A stretch of DNA of 64,000 nt from Mobula hypostoma. Taxonomy: Eukaryota. Positions 49,213 to 60,914 of the stretch are shown piece after piece (position 1 is the first letter of the stretch; every line of letters begins with the position of its first letter). The translations under genes and the position numbers were made by a program. Location: NCBI RefSeq assembly GCF_963921235.1, contig NC_086097.1, forward strand, positions 45,386,001-45,450,000, written 5' to 3'. The notes beneath the pieces were generated by a model that ran no database searches, had not been told where the DNA came from, and saw only the letters and a list, made by a program, of their open reading frames with translations.

Positions 49213-51060
49213 TAGAAACATAGAAAACCTACAGCACAATACAGGCCCTTCAGCCCACAAAGCTGTGCCGAACATGTCCTTACCTTAGAAATTACGTAGG
49301 GTTACCCATAGCCCTCTATTTTTCTGAGCTCCATGTACCTATCCAGGAGTCTCTTAAAAGACCCTATTGTGTCCGCCTCCACCACCATTGCCGGCAGCCC
49401 ATTCCATACACTTACCACTCTGTGTAAAAAACTTACCTCTGACATCTCCTCTGTACCTACTTCAAAGCACCTTAAAACTGTGCCCTCTTGTGCTAGCCAT
49501 TTCAGCCCTGGGAAAAAGCCTCTGACTATCCATACGATCAATGCCTCTCATCATCTTATATCAGGTCACCTCTCATCCTCCGTCGCTCCAAGGAGAAAAG
49601 GCCGAGTTCACTCAACCTACTCTCATAAGGCATGCCCCCCAATCCAGGCAACATCCTTCTAAATTTCCTCTGCACCCTTTCTATGGTTTCCACATCCTTG
49701 CTGTAGTGAGGTGACCAGAACTGAGCACAGTACTCCAAGTGGGGTCTGACCAGGGTCCTATATAGCTGTAACATCACCTCTCAGCTCTTAAACTCAATCC
49801 CATGGTTGATGAAGGCCAATGCACCGTATGCCTTCTTAACCACAGAGTCAACCTGCACAGCAGCTTTGAGAATCCTTTGGACTCGGACCCCAAGATCCCT
49901 CTGATCCTCCACACTGCCAAGAGTCTTACCATTAATACTATATTCTGCCATCATATTTGACCTACCAAAATGAACCACCTCACACTTATCTGGGTTGAAC
50001 TCCATCTGCCACTTCTCAGCCCAGTTTTGCATCCTATCAATGTCCCGCTGTAACCTCTGATAACCCTCCACACTATCCACAACACCCCCAACCTTTGTCA
50101 TCAGCAAGTTTACTAACCCATCCCTCCACTTCTTCATTTATAAAAATCACAAAGAGTAGGAGTTCCAGAACAGATCCCTGAGGCACATCACTCGTCACCG
50201 ACCTCCATGCAGAATAAGACCTGTCTACAACCACTCTTTGCCTCTGTGGGCAAGCCAATTCTGGATCCACAAAGCAATGTCCCCTTGAATCCCATGCCTC
50301 CTTACTTTCTCAATAAGCCTTGCATGGGGTACCTTATCAAATGCCTTGCTGAAATCCATATACACTACATCTACTACTCTACCTCCATCAAAGTGTTTAG
50401 TTACATCCTCACAAAATTCAATCGGGCTCGTAAGGCACAACCTGCCTTTGACAAAGCCATACTGACTATTCCTAATCATATTATGCCTCTCCAGATGTTC
50501 ATAAATCCTGCCTCTCAGGATCTTTTCCATCAACTTACCAACCACTGAAGTAAGATTCACTGGTGCATAATTTCCTGGGCTATCTCTACTCCCTTTCTTG
50601 AATAAGGGAACAACATCCGCAATCCTCTGGAACCTCTCCTGTCCGCATTGATGATGCAAAGATCATTGCCAGAGGCTCAGTAATTTCCTCCCTTGCCTCC
50701 CACAGTAGCCTGGGGTACATCTTGTCCGGTCTTGGTGACTTATCCAACTTTATCGTTTCCAAAATCTCCAGCACATCCTCTTTCTTAATACCTACATGCT
50801 CAAGCTTTTCAGTTTGTTGTAAGTCATCCCTACAATCGCCAAGATCCTTTTCCGTAGTGCACACTGAAGCAAAGTACTCATTAAGTACCTCTGCTCTCTC
50901 CTCTGGTTCCATACAAACTTTTCCACTGTCACACTTGATTGGTCCTATTCTCTCACATTTTATCCTCTTGCTCTTCACATACTTGTAGAATGCCTTGGGG
51001 TATTCCTTAATCTTGCCTGCCAAGGCCTTCTCATGGCCCCTTCTGGCTCTCCTAATTTCA
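49213..51060 (-). mobile_element. CR1 of a different subfamily nested in the CR1 above
   Basis: VVYMDFSKAFDKVPH, VPQGSVL, LVRPHLEYCAQFWSP; TAGAAACATAGAAA tail. Confidence 0.9.
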
Positions 51061-53435
51061 TCTGGCCTATATTTTATGTTATATTTGACTACCCTTGTCA
51101 ACCACGGTTGCGTATTCCTCCTTTTAAGATACTCTTCTTCTTTTCTGTGCCTTCCAACCTGTCCCCAGGAACTCCAGCCATTGCTGTTCTGTCATCATCC
51201 CTGCTAGTGTTCCATTCCAATCACATTTGGCCAGTTCATCACAAATACCTCTGTAATTCCCTTTACTCCACTGTAATTCTGATACATCTGACTTTCGCTT
51301 CTCCCTCTCAAACTGCAGGGTGAATTTGAACGTATTTATCATCACTGTCTCCTGAGGGCTCCTTTATCTTAAGCTCCCTGACCAAATCTGGTTCATTACA
51401 CAACACCTCATTCATAATTGCATTTTCCCTAGTGGGCTGAACCAGAAGCTGCTTTAAAAAGTCATCTCATAGGCATTCTACAAACTCCCTCTGTTGAGAT
51501 CCAGCACCAACCCAATTTTCTCAATCTACCTGCATATTGAAATCCCCCATGACTATTGTAACATTGTCCTTTTTTTAATGCCTTTTCTATCTTCCATTGT
51601 AATTTGTACCCCACGTCCTTGCTACTGTTTAGAGAATGGATATAACTCCCTTCAGAGTCTTTTTACCCTTGCAGTTCCTTAACTCTACCCACAAGGATTC
51701 TACATCTTCCGATCATACATCACCTCTTTCCAAGGATTTGAATTCATTTTTTTTTTACCAACAGAGCCACCCCACCCCCTCTGTCTACCCTCATGTCCTT
51801 TCAATACAATGAGTATCCTGGGACACTAACCTCACGACTTTGATCTCCTTTCAGCCACATCTCCTACAATGTCAAAACTGCCAATCTCTAAATGCACCAT
51901 TCCGTATACTGCATGCATTCAAATATAACGCTTTCAGTCCTGTTTTTATTACCATTTTTGATTTTACCATGTTACACTTCAACTCATCCCACTGATTATA
52001 ATTTTGCCCTATCATCTGCCTGTCCTCCCTCACAGTCTCACTATACACTGTATCTACTTGTATACCAACTGCCCCTTCCTCAGCCCTATCACTCCAGTTC
52101 CCATCACCCTGCCAACTTAGTTTAAACCCTTCTCTAAAGCTCTAGCAAACCTGTTTGCAACCCTCGAGTTCAGGTGTAACCCATCTTTTTTGTGGAGGCC
52201 ATACCTTCCCCTGAACAGATCCCAGTGATCCAGAAATAAGAAACCCTGCCCATTGTACTTATTCCTCAGCCATGCACTCATCTGCCAAATCATCCTATTA
52301 TTACCCTCACTGACTTGTGGCACATGTAGTAATCCAGAGATTACTATCCTTGAGGTTCCTGTTTTTCAGCTTTCTACCTATTCACTAATATTCTCTCTTC
52401 AGTACTTCATCCCTTTTCCTACCTGTCTCATTGGTACCAATATGTACCATGACTTCTGGCTGTTCCCCCTCACCCTGGTGCTAGAATATAGTTTGAAATG
52501 GAGCTGATTAAACCTTTCTCTATGAAGGGCAAAATGTTCTCAGTGCCGGCTTTATCACTATATCCCTTTGAGTCGGTCATTTTCTAGTAAAATGTTCATT
52601 AATAAAAGCAAACGATACAGATCAAGGCACATTTTCTGAAATGGTTCCAAAGAGAACATCATATATTCAGTGAGTAAAGAGCATTAATGCAAATTGTCAA
52701 ATATCTTCAGAACAATGTGCTCAACATTACAAATGAAAGATGCTGATTTAAATGGTAATTCAAGCTGTGATCTAACACAGACTGTAATTAAACGATTCTG
52801 ACATTAATTTTTCATGCATAAAATGGATTGTATAATCCGCACAGATGAAGGAGATGTATCTTTGGCATTTGTGTAGATTAAATAACAATGACTGGATAGC
52901 TTTGGGAGTACTATAATGTGACATTAGCCACATCAGCCAGTAGGTTGCACTCTTAGAGTGTAATAAAATCATGTAGCAGGGAAATAGTCCAATCAGCCTA
53001 ACTTGTCCATGCTGTCCAGTGGGTACCTTTCTGTATTCATCCCTCCTGCCAGCACTGAGTCCATAGCCTTCAATGCCCAAGAGGTTCAGGAGTACATCTG
53101 GGCCCTTCTTAAATGTTGGGGGTGGGAGGGAACGTCGACTCAGACCATGAGAGGCCTGCGTCGGGCATTTTCATGCCTTACAAGGCGCAGGTTGGAAGTC
53201 TGTGCTGTGCGTGACCCAGCATCAACCATTTACTCCTGTCCCAATAAGAAAGTCACCTCATTTTCCTCTTACAGCCGAGTCAGGAAATTATGGCGATAAG
53301 ACCCATTCAAGAAACAGATGCAGAATCTATACTGCTGCTCCTAGCACCTCTAAAGAAGTACTGCACTACTGGGCTCATTGTCTTTTGAATATGATGTTGA
53401 ACAGAAGTAGTGTCTCCTTTCAAATACAATTAACG

Positions 53436-53472
53436 TGGAGATGCTGGGGATTGAACACAGGACCTCATACAT
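53436..53472 (-). pseudogene. tRNA-Ala 3'-half retrocopy
   Basis: ATGTATGAGGTCCTGTGTTCAATCCCCAGCATCTCCA matches vertebrate tRNA-Ala ATGTATGAGGTCCCGGGTTCGATCCCCGGCATCTCCA at 33/37; three mismatches are CpG transitions. Confidence 0.75.
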
Positions 53473-53514
53473 TTCCTTGTGTTTGCGTCTCCTTTCAAAG
53501 GTGATTTAATAGAT

Positions 53515-53866
53515 CACTGGTCCCCATCCTCTGGGCTGCAGACCAATACATTGCTGCGAAGAATGCAGTGGTGCAGCGGTAGTTGGAATGCACACAGCAA
53601 ATCTTTAAGAAAAAAAGCAGAAATAAACAAGCTGATTAATTAGGTGCCGCCCAGCACATAAATGTCGGCCCAGATCAGAGGCGATGCAATCAGCAATCGC
53701 CTCTGATCTGGGCCAACATTTACGTGCCGGGTGGCACCTAATTAATTAGCCTGTTTATTTCGGCTTTTTTCTTAAAGATGTGCTAGGTGCGTTCTGGCTT
53801 ACCACTGCACCACTGCATGCTTCGCGAATCGGTATCAGTCTGCGGCCCGGAGGTTGGGGACCACTG
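53515..53866. mobile_element. Palindromic hAT (Charlie-like) MITE, 352 bp
   Basis: TIR CA(C/G)TGGTCCCCA; inverted along its whole length; 8-bp TSD TAATAGAT at 53507-53514 and 53867-53874. Confidence 0.92.
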
Positions 53867-54064
53867 TAATAGATCTTTTGGTATTATTTCAAAGAGGAGG
53901 CCAGTTCTTTCTGAAGTCTTAGGTTATATTTAACCCTAAACGAATATTGTTAAAAAAGAGCATCTGGACATTGTGACATTACTGTATTTGGAAGATTTCT
54001 TTGCACATGTTGACTCTTTTGCTTCCTAAGCTAAAACGGTAAATATTCTGCAAAAAAATCTTCC

Positions 54065-55092
54065 ATGCTGTATGACTCCATGAGATTGCTGGTGCCTTGA
54101 CCAATACCTTTGTGTCCTCTATAGCCACGAGTGAGGCCCAAGCGGGGACTAGCGAGTAGCCAAAGCTATTCTTTTGGTCAGGAAAGGAAATAAGGATAAT
54201 CATGGAAACTATAGACCAGCCAGTCTCAAATCAGTGGTAGGGAAGCTATTGGGGAGGTTTCTTAGGCATAGGATTTATGAGCAGCTGGAAAACCATGGCC
54301 TAATTAGGAATAGTCCACATGACTTTGTGCAGGGCATGTCATATCTTACTAACCTGATTGAGTTTTTTCCAGGGAGGTGACAATGGTGATGAATGCAGAG
54401 TTGTGGATGTTGTCCACATTAATTTTAGTAAGGCGTTTGACAACGTCCCTCAAGGGAGGCTCATCCAGAACATTCAGTTGTGTGGGATATATGGTAAATT
54501 CGCCACCTGGATTCAGAATTGGCCTGCTCATAGAAGACAGAAGAGAGTGGTTGATGGGACCTATTCCAGCTCGAGGTCTGTGACTGGGACCTTCGCTGTT
54601 TGTGATAAATATAAATGATCTGGATGAAAACAAATGCGTAACACACACAAAATTCTGGAGGAACTCAGCAGGCCAGGCAGCATCTATGGAAAAGAGTAAA
54701 CGGTTGACGTATTGGGCTGAGACCTTTCATCGGGAAGTGTTCTTCAGATGAATCATCAGATACTGCCTGATCTGCTGTGTTCCTCCAGCATTTTGTGTGT
54801 ATTAATTTGATTTCCAGCATCTGCAGATGGTTAATAAGTTTGCAAACAACGCAAAGATCGATGATGTAATAGAAGGATAGAGTGGGATATAGATCAATGG
54901 CAGATAAGGGTGGAGAAATGGCAGGTGGAGCTTAACCCATCCAAATATGAAGCACTACACTTTTGGAGAACAAATGTAAAGGGACAGTACATTTTTAATG
55001 GCAAGATCCTCAACAGTGTTGATTTGCAGAGGGATCTTGGGTTGAAGTCCATAGCTCCCAACACAGATTGATAGGATGGTAAAGACAGCACA
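54065..55092 (+). mobile_element. Decayed CR1 RT fragment containing an older fold-back mini-PLE (~54640-54828)
   Basis: GNYRPASLKSVVGK, FSKAFDNVP; insert has inverted PLE termini and a degenerate hammerhead. Confidence 0.82.
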
Positions 55093-55264
55093 TGATTTTA
55101 TATACCTCTGTACTACCATGCCCTCAGCCTCCTCATCTCCACGGCAATCAACCCCAACCTATTCAGTCTCTCTGATCTCTTCAGTGCAATCACATTGCTA
55201 CCAAAAACACACAAAATACTCCAGATGTGGCTGAACCAATGTTCTGGTAAATTTTCAACATGAC

Positions 55265-58200
55265 TATAAAACCTTAAGACATGGCAGCAGAATTAGGCCA
55301 TTTGGCCCATTGGGTCTACCCGACCATATCATCATGGCTGATCCAATTTTCCTCTCAGCCTCAATATCCTGCCTTCTTCCCATATCCCTTCATGTCCGAT
55401 CAATCAAAAATCTATCAACCTTTGCCTTAGATATACATAAAGACTTCACCTCCACAGCTGCTTGTGGGATAAAATTTCACAGATTCTCCACTGTCTGGCT
55501 AAAGAAATTCCTCCTCATCTCCATTCTAAAAGGATGCCCCTCTATTCTGTGTCCTCTGTTCTTAGACTGTACCACCATGGGAAACATCCTCTCCACATCC
55601 ACTCTATTAAGGACTTTCACTGTTCAATAGATTTCAAAGAGGTCACTTCTCATTCTTCAGAACACCAGTGAATACAGACTCGGAGCCATAAAATGCTCTT
55701 CATATGACAAGCCATTCAAATCTGGAATCATTTGTGTGAACCTCTTTTGAACCCTCTCCAGATTCAGCACATCCTTTCTAATAATACGGGGCCCAAACCC
55801 GCTCACAATACTCCAAGTGAGGCCTCACCAATGCTTTATAAAGTCTCAACATTACACCCTTACTTTTATAATCTCATCCTCTTGAAATGAATACTAGCAT
55901 TGCATTTGCCTTCCTCACAACAGACTCAACCTGCAAATTAACTTTTAGGGAATCCTGCACAAATACTCCCAAGTCCCTTTGCAACCTCAGTTCTGTGTAA
56001 TTTCTCTCCATTTAGAGAATAGTCAACCCTTACATTTCTTCTACCAAAGTGCATGACCATACAGTTCCCCACACTGTATTCCATTTGTCACCTTTTTTGC
56101 CCGTTCCCTTACTCTGTCTAGGTCCTTCTGTGGCCTGTCAACTTTCTCAAAACTACCTGCCCCTCCACCTATCTTTGTATTGTCTGCAAACTTTGGAACA
56201 AAGCCATCAATTCCATCATCCAAATCATTAACATATAACATAAAAAGCATCAATCCCAACACAGACCCCTATGGAACATCACTAGTCACCAGCAGGCAAG
56301 CAAAAAAGACTCCCTTTATTCCCACTCTTTGCCTCCTGCCAGTCAGCCACTGCTTTATCCATGCTAGAATCTTCCCTGTAATACCATGGGCTCATTACTT
56401 GTTAAGCAGGCTCACATGTGGCACCTTGTCAAAGGGCTTCTGATAATCCAAGTATACAAACATCCACCAATTCTCCCTTGTCTATCCTGCTTGTTATTTC
56501 TTCAAAGAATTCCAACAGATTTGTCAGGCAAGATTTTCTCTTGAGGAAACCATGCTGAATTAGGCCTATCTTATCATGTGCCTCCAAGTACCCTGAAACC
56601 ACATCCTTACCAATTGACTCCAACATCCTCCAACATCAACACTGAGGTCAGAAAACTGGCCTATAGCTTCCTTTCTTCTGCCTCTCTCCCTTCTTGAAGA
56701 GTAGAGTGACATTTGCAATTTTCCAGTCTTCTGGAACCATTCCAGAATCTGGTGATTCTTGAAAGATCATTACTAATGCCTCCACAGTTTCTTCAGCCAT
56801 CTCATTCAGAACCCTGCAGTATACACCATCTGGTCCAGGTAACTTATCTACCTTCAGGCCTTTCAGTTTCCTAAGAACCTTCTCCCTAGGAATGGTAACT
56901 TCACTATCTTCATGCCCCCTGACATCTGGAACCTCCCCATATTGCAATTGTCTTCCACAATGAAGACTGATGCAAAATACTGTTCATCTGCCATTTCATT
57001 GTCCCCACTCCAGTATTTTTTCCAGTGGTCTGATATCCACTCTCCCCTCTCTTTTGCACTTGTTATATCTGAAGTAACTTTTGGTATCCTCTTTAATACT
57101 ATTGACTGCCTTACTTTTGTATTCCATCTTTATCTTCTTAATGACTATTTTAGTTGCCTTCTGTTGTTATTTTAAAGCTTTGCAATCCTCTAACTTCTGT
57201 TACGTACCCCGTAACTGGGTTGCCAAACCAGCAGAAATGGATCACTCAGTTGGAGTCTGGATTACTAGAACTAAGAAAGTTTTATTAAAGAAACAAGCAA
57301 CACAGTACTCTAATCAAAAGGATAATGAATGCAACAGTTCAGCAATGATAAACATACATGTACACAGAATTCAGGATCAATCAAGCTCTATCGTTGTCTA
57401 GGGGCAAATGACCAGTTTCAAAGTGACACAAAGTTCAGTTCAATTTAGTTCAGTTCGCAGTAATCGCTGCCGTGGGAGATGGACAGTGTGGGGGAAGGAG
57501 AGAGAGCAAAACGAATGAATATTCAAAACAGCTTCCACACACAGCCCTTCGCAGTCAGCTTTCGGGCGAGCCCTTTGTGATGTCACCTGAGGTCACCGAC
57601 CGAGACCCCTCCGTTTCCAGATACGACCGTTTCACTGCGCTGAACCTGGCACCCAGGCAAGGGTGGACACACACCAGGTTCCTGCCGATAGTGCCTTTCC
57701 ACCCTGTGCGTTTATGGCTTGATCCCGCGATCAGCCGTCGAAAAGCTTTCCACCGACTTGTGAGAGACGCACCGCTTCCAGGGTCTCGTTACCTCGGGTG
57801 TCATGTGTGTCCTGCCTTAGCGAACCTGTCCCTTTTTATCCCCCTGCTGGGGTATCGCCTGTCCATCACTTCAAACAGTTCAGGGTTCAAAGGGGGAGCC
57901 ACTCTTGACAGCCCCCTCCTTCTGTTACTCTCTCTCCCGTCCCTTCATTACACATCTCCAAATGCTGCTCCATTGTTTTCCTTATCTCTCTCTCTCCTGA
58001 AGACAGGTGGCAGACCAACTGCTGATCACACAGGACAGCTAACAGCTTAATCTATGTGTATTCTTGTCACACTTCTCACTACTATATTCTTCCTCTTTGG
58101 GGTGTATATATCCTGTGCCTTTCAAATTTCCTCCAAAAGTTACAGCCAGTGCTGCTCTGCCATCATCCCTGCCAGTGTTCTTTTCCGATCAATTCTGGCC

Positions 58201-58470
58201 AACTCCTCTCTCATGCCTCTGTAATTCCTTTTGCTCCACTGTAATACTGATGCGTCTGACTTTATTTACTCCTTCTCAGAATTCAGAGCGAATTCGATCA
58301 TATCATGATCACTATCCCCTTAGTGTTCTTCTCCCTTAAGCTCTCTAATCAGTTCTGGATCATTGCACCACAACCAATCCAAAATAGCTGATCCCCTAGA
58401 GGGCTCAAACACGAGTTGCTCTAAAAAGCCATCTTGTAGGCATTACAGAAATTCCCATTCCTGGAAGCCT
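55265..58470 (-). mobile_element. CR1 LINE split by a solo LTR
   Basis: QHGFLKRKSCLTNLLEFFE, KFADNTK, VPEDWKIANV. Confidence 0.9.
57198..58071 (-). mobile_element. Solo LTR, 874 bp, second family
   Basis: TGTTAC...TCACA ends; 4-bp TSD CTTC at 57194-57197 and 58072-58075; minus-strand AATAAA at ~57281-57286; CpGs retained. Confidence 0.9.
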
Positions 58471-60640
58471 AGTCCTTTTGTTCAATGCCATACTGATGAA
58501 GGCAAGCAGCCAGTATGCTTTTTTTTAACCATCTTATCCACACTTATTGTCATTTTCATGGATGAATAGACTTGCATCCCAAAGTGCCCTTGTGGATCAA
58601 CACTCTCCAGGGCTCTACTATTTACTACTATTATAATTGTATTACAATTATTTGCCCTCCCAAAGTGTATCACTTCACATTTGTTCAGGTTAAATCCCGT
58701 TTGCTATTGCTCCATCCATACTATATTGTAAGGATCTTCAAGCTTCCTTGGTATTAGACCATAAGACATAGGAACAGAATCAGGCCATTGAGTCTGCTCT
58801 GCCATTTCATGGCTGATCTTTTTTTTCTCCTCCTCAGCCCCACTCCCCAGCCTTCTCCCTATAACCTTTGATGCTGTGTTCTATCAAGAACCTATCAATC
58901 TCTGCCTTAAATACACCCAATGACCTGGCTTCTACAGCTGCCTGTGGTAACAAATCCCACAAATTCACCGCCCTCTGGCTAAAGAAACTTCTCCACATCT
59001 CTGTTTTAAATGGACACCCCTCTATCCTGAGGCTGTGGCCTCTTGTCCTAGACTCTCCCACCATGGGAAACATCCCTCCACATCTACTCTGTCTAGGCCT
59101 ATCAACCTTCGAAAGGTTTCAATGAGATACCCGTTCATCTTTCTAAATTACAGTGAGTACAGATCCAGAGCCATCAAACGTTCCTCATATGGTAACCCTT
59201 TCATTCCAGAATCATCCCTGTGAACCTCCTCTGGACCCTCTCCAATGCCAGCACACCGTTTCTTAGGTGAGGAGCCCAAAACTGTTCACAACACTCAAGT
59301 TGAGGCCTCACCTGTGCCTTATAAAGCCTCAGCATCACATCCCTGCTCTTGTATTCTAGATCTCTTGAAATGAGTGCTAACATTGCATTTGCCTTCCTCA
59401 CCACCGACTCTACCTGCAAGCTAACCTTCAGGGTGTTCTGCACAAGGGGTCCCAAGTCCCTTTGCATCTCAGATTTTCAGATTTTCTCCGTTTAGGAAAT
59501 AGTCTGCACATTTATTTCTACTACCAAAGTATGCATGCATTTTCCAACATTGTATTTCATTTGCCACTTTCTTGCCCATTCTCCTAATCTGTCTAAGTCC
59601 TTCTGCATCCTACCTGTTTCCCCAACACCACCTGCCCCTCCACCAATCTTTGTATCATCTGCATATCATCTAAATCATTGATATACAGCATAAAAAGAAG
59701 CAGTCCCAACACCGACCACTGCAGAACACCACTAGTCACTGGCAGCCAACCAGAAAAGGATCCTTATTCCCACCCCGTGCCTCCTACCAATTAACCAATG
59801 TTCTAGCCATGCTAGTAACTTTCCTGTAATACCATGGGCTCTTAACATAGTCAGCAGCCTCATGCGTGGCACCTTGCGAAATATTTCTGAAAGTCCAAAT
59901 ATATAACATCCACTACATCCCCTTTATCCATCCTACTTGTAATCTTTTCAAAGAATTCCAAAGGGTTTGTCAGGCAAGATTTTCCCTTAAAGAAACCATG
60001 TTGACTTTGTCCTATCCTGTCCTGTGTCACCAAGTACTCCATAACCTCATCCTTAACAATTGACTCCAACATCTTCTCAACCACTGAAGTCAGGTTAACT
60101 GGTCTTTAATTTCCTTTCTGTGCCTTCCTCCTTTCTTGAAGAGTGGAGTGACATTAGCAATTTTCCAATCCTCTGGCACCATGCCAGAGTCCAATGATTT
60201 TTGAAAGATCTTTACTAATCTGATCCGGGTGACTTATGTACCTTTAGGTCTTTCAGCTTTTTGAGCACCTTCTTCCTTGTAATAGTAACTGCACTCACTT
60301 GTCTCTTCTCATACCCTTCAACATCTGGCACACAGCTAGTGTCTTTCACAGTGAAGTTCATTTGCCATCTCCTTGTCCCCTGTTATTATTTTTCCAGACT
60401 CGTTTTCTAGCGGTCCTGATTCTGATTGATTTATCACATCTCCTGCAATCACATCCAAGTCATTAATGTACATCACAAGCATTAAAAGTTTCAGCACGGA
60501 TCCTTGTGGCACACCACTGGTCTCAAATGTGTAATCAGAAAATTAATCTTCCACCATCCTCTCTCTCTCTCCTATTACCAAGCCAGTTTTGAATTCAATT
60601 TGTCAGTCTGCTCTGGATTCAATGGTCTCTAATCTTTCTT
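58470..60640 (-). mobile_element. CR1 LINE (58757-~60420) within or next to older CR1 fragments
   Basis: QSQHGFFKGKSCLTN, VIYLDFQK, ALERVQRRFT; TAGACCATAAGACATAGG tail. Confidence 0.88.
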
Positions 60641-60914
60641 TCCTGGGTCACTTTGTTGGCAAAAGCAATTAGCTTGTCATTTGTCTCCTTTGTTGTTGAG
60701 CCCTTGCATTGCTGCAATTTTACACTAAATTGGAAATGCCTACAGGGCAGAGATAATTCACTAAGTGCAAGGTATATTCTGGCCTCCTAAGGAGATGATT
60801 AATGCTGTGTAATTGTAGCTGCTTTTGCTTAACACTGCTGCACTGGTTACAGATTCCCAGTTTTGATTCTTATTATCATCATTTGATTTCAATCAGTAGA
60901 GTCATCTTCTGTTT

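Larger units (their letters stand above)
47087..52475 (-). mobile_element. Near-full-length decayed CR1 (ORF1 esterase to 3' tail) with two nested inserts
   Basis: KKDGLHLN (SGNH), KVDKSPGADGLHPRVLKE, NYRPVILTS, LFRLHLKY. Confidence 0.88.
53300..54030 (+). mobile_element. Ancient DeuSINE-like remnant hosting the tRNA/PLE insert and the hAT MITE
   Basis: GTACTGCACTAC...GTCTTTTGAATATGATGTTGAAC and ATTTCAAAGAGGAGG...CTGGACATTGTGACATTACTG resemble the Deu domain; recognised from memory only. Confidence 0.4.

Noticed and set aside
57472..58050. 192-aa ORF as a novel gene
   Set aside because: Lies wholly within a solo LTR, antisense to it, and has no recognisable motif
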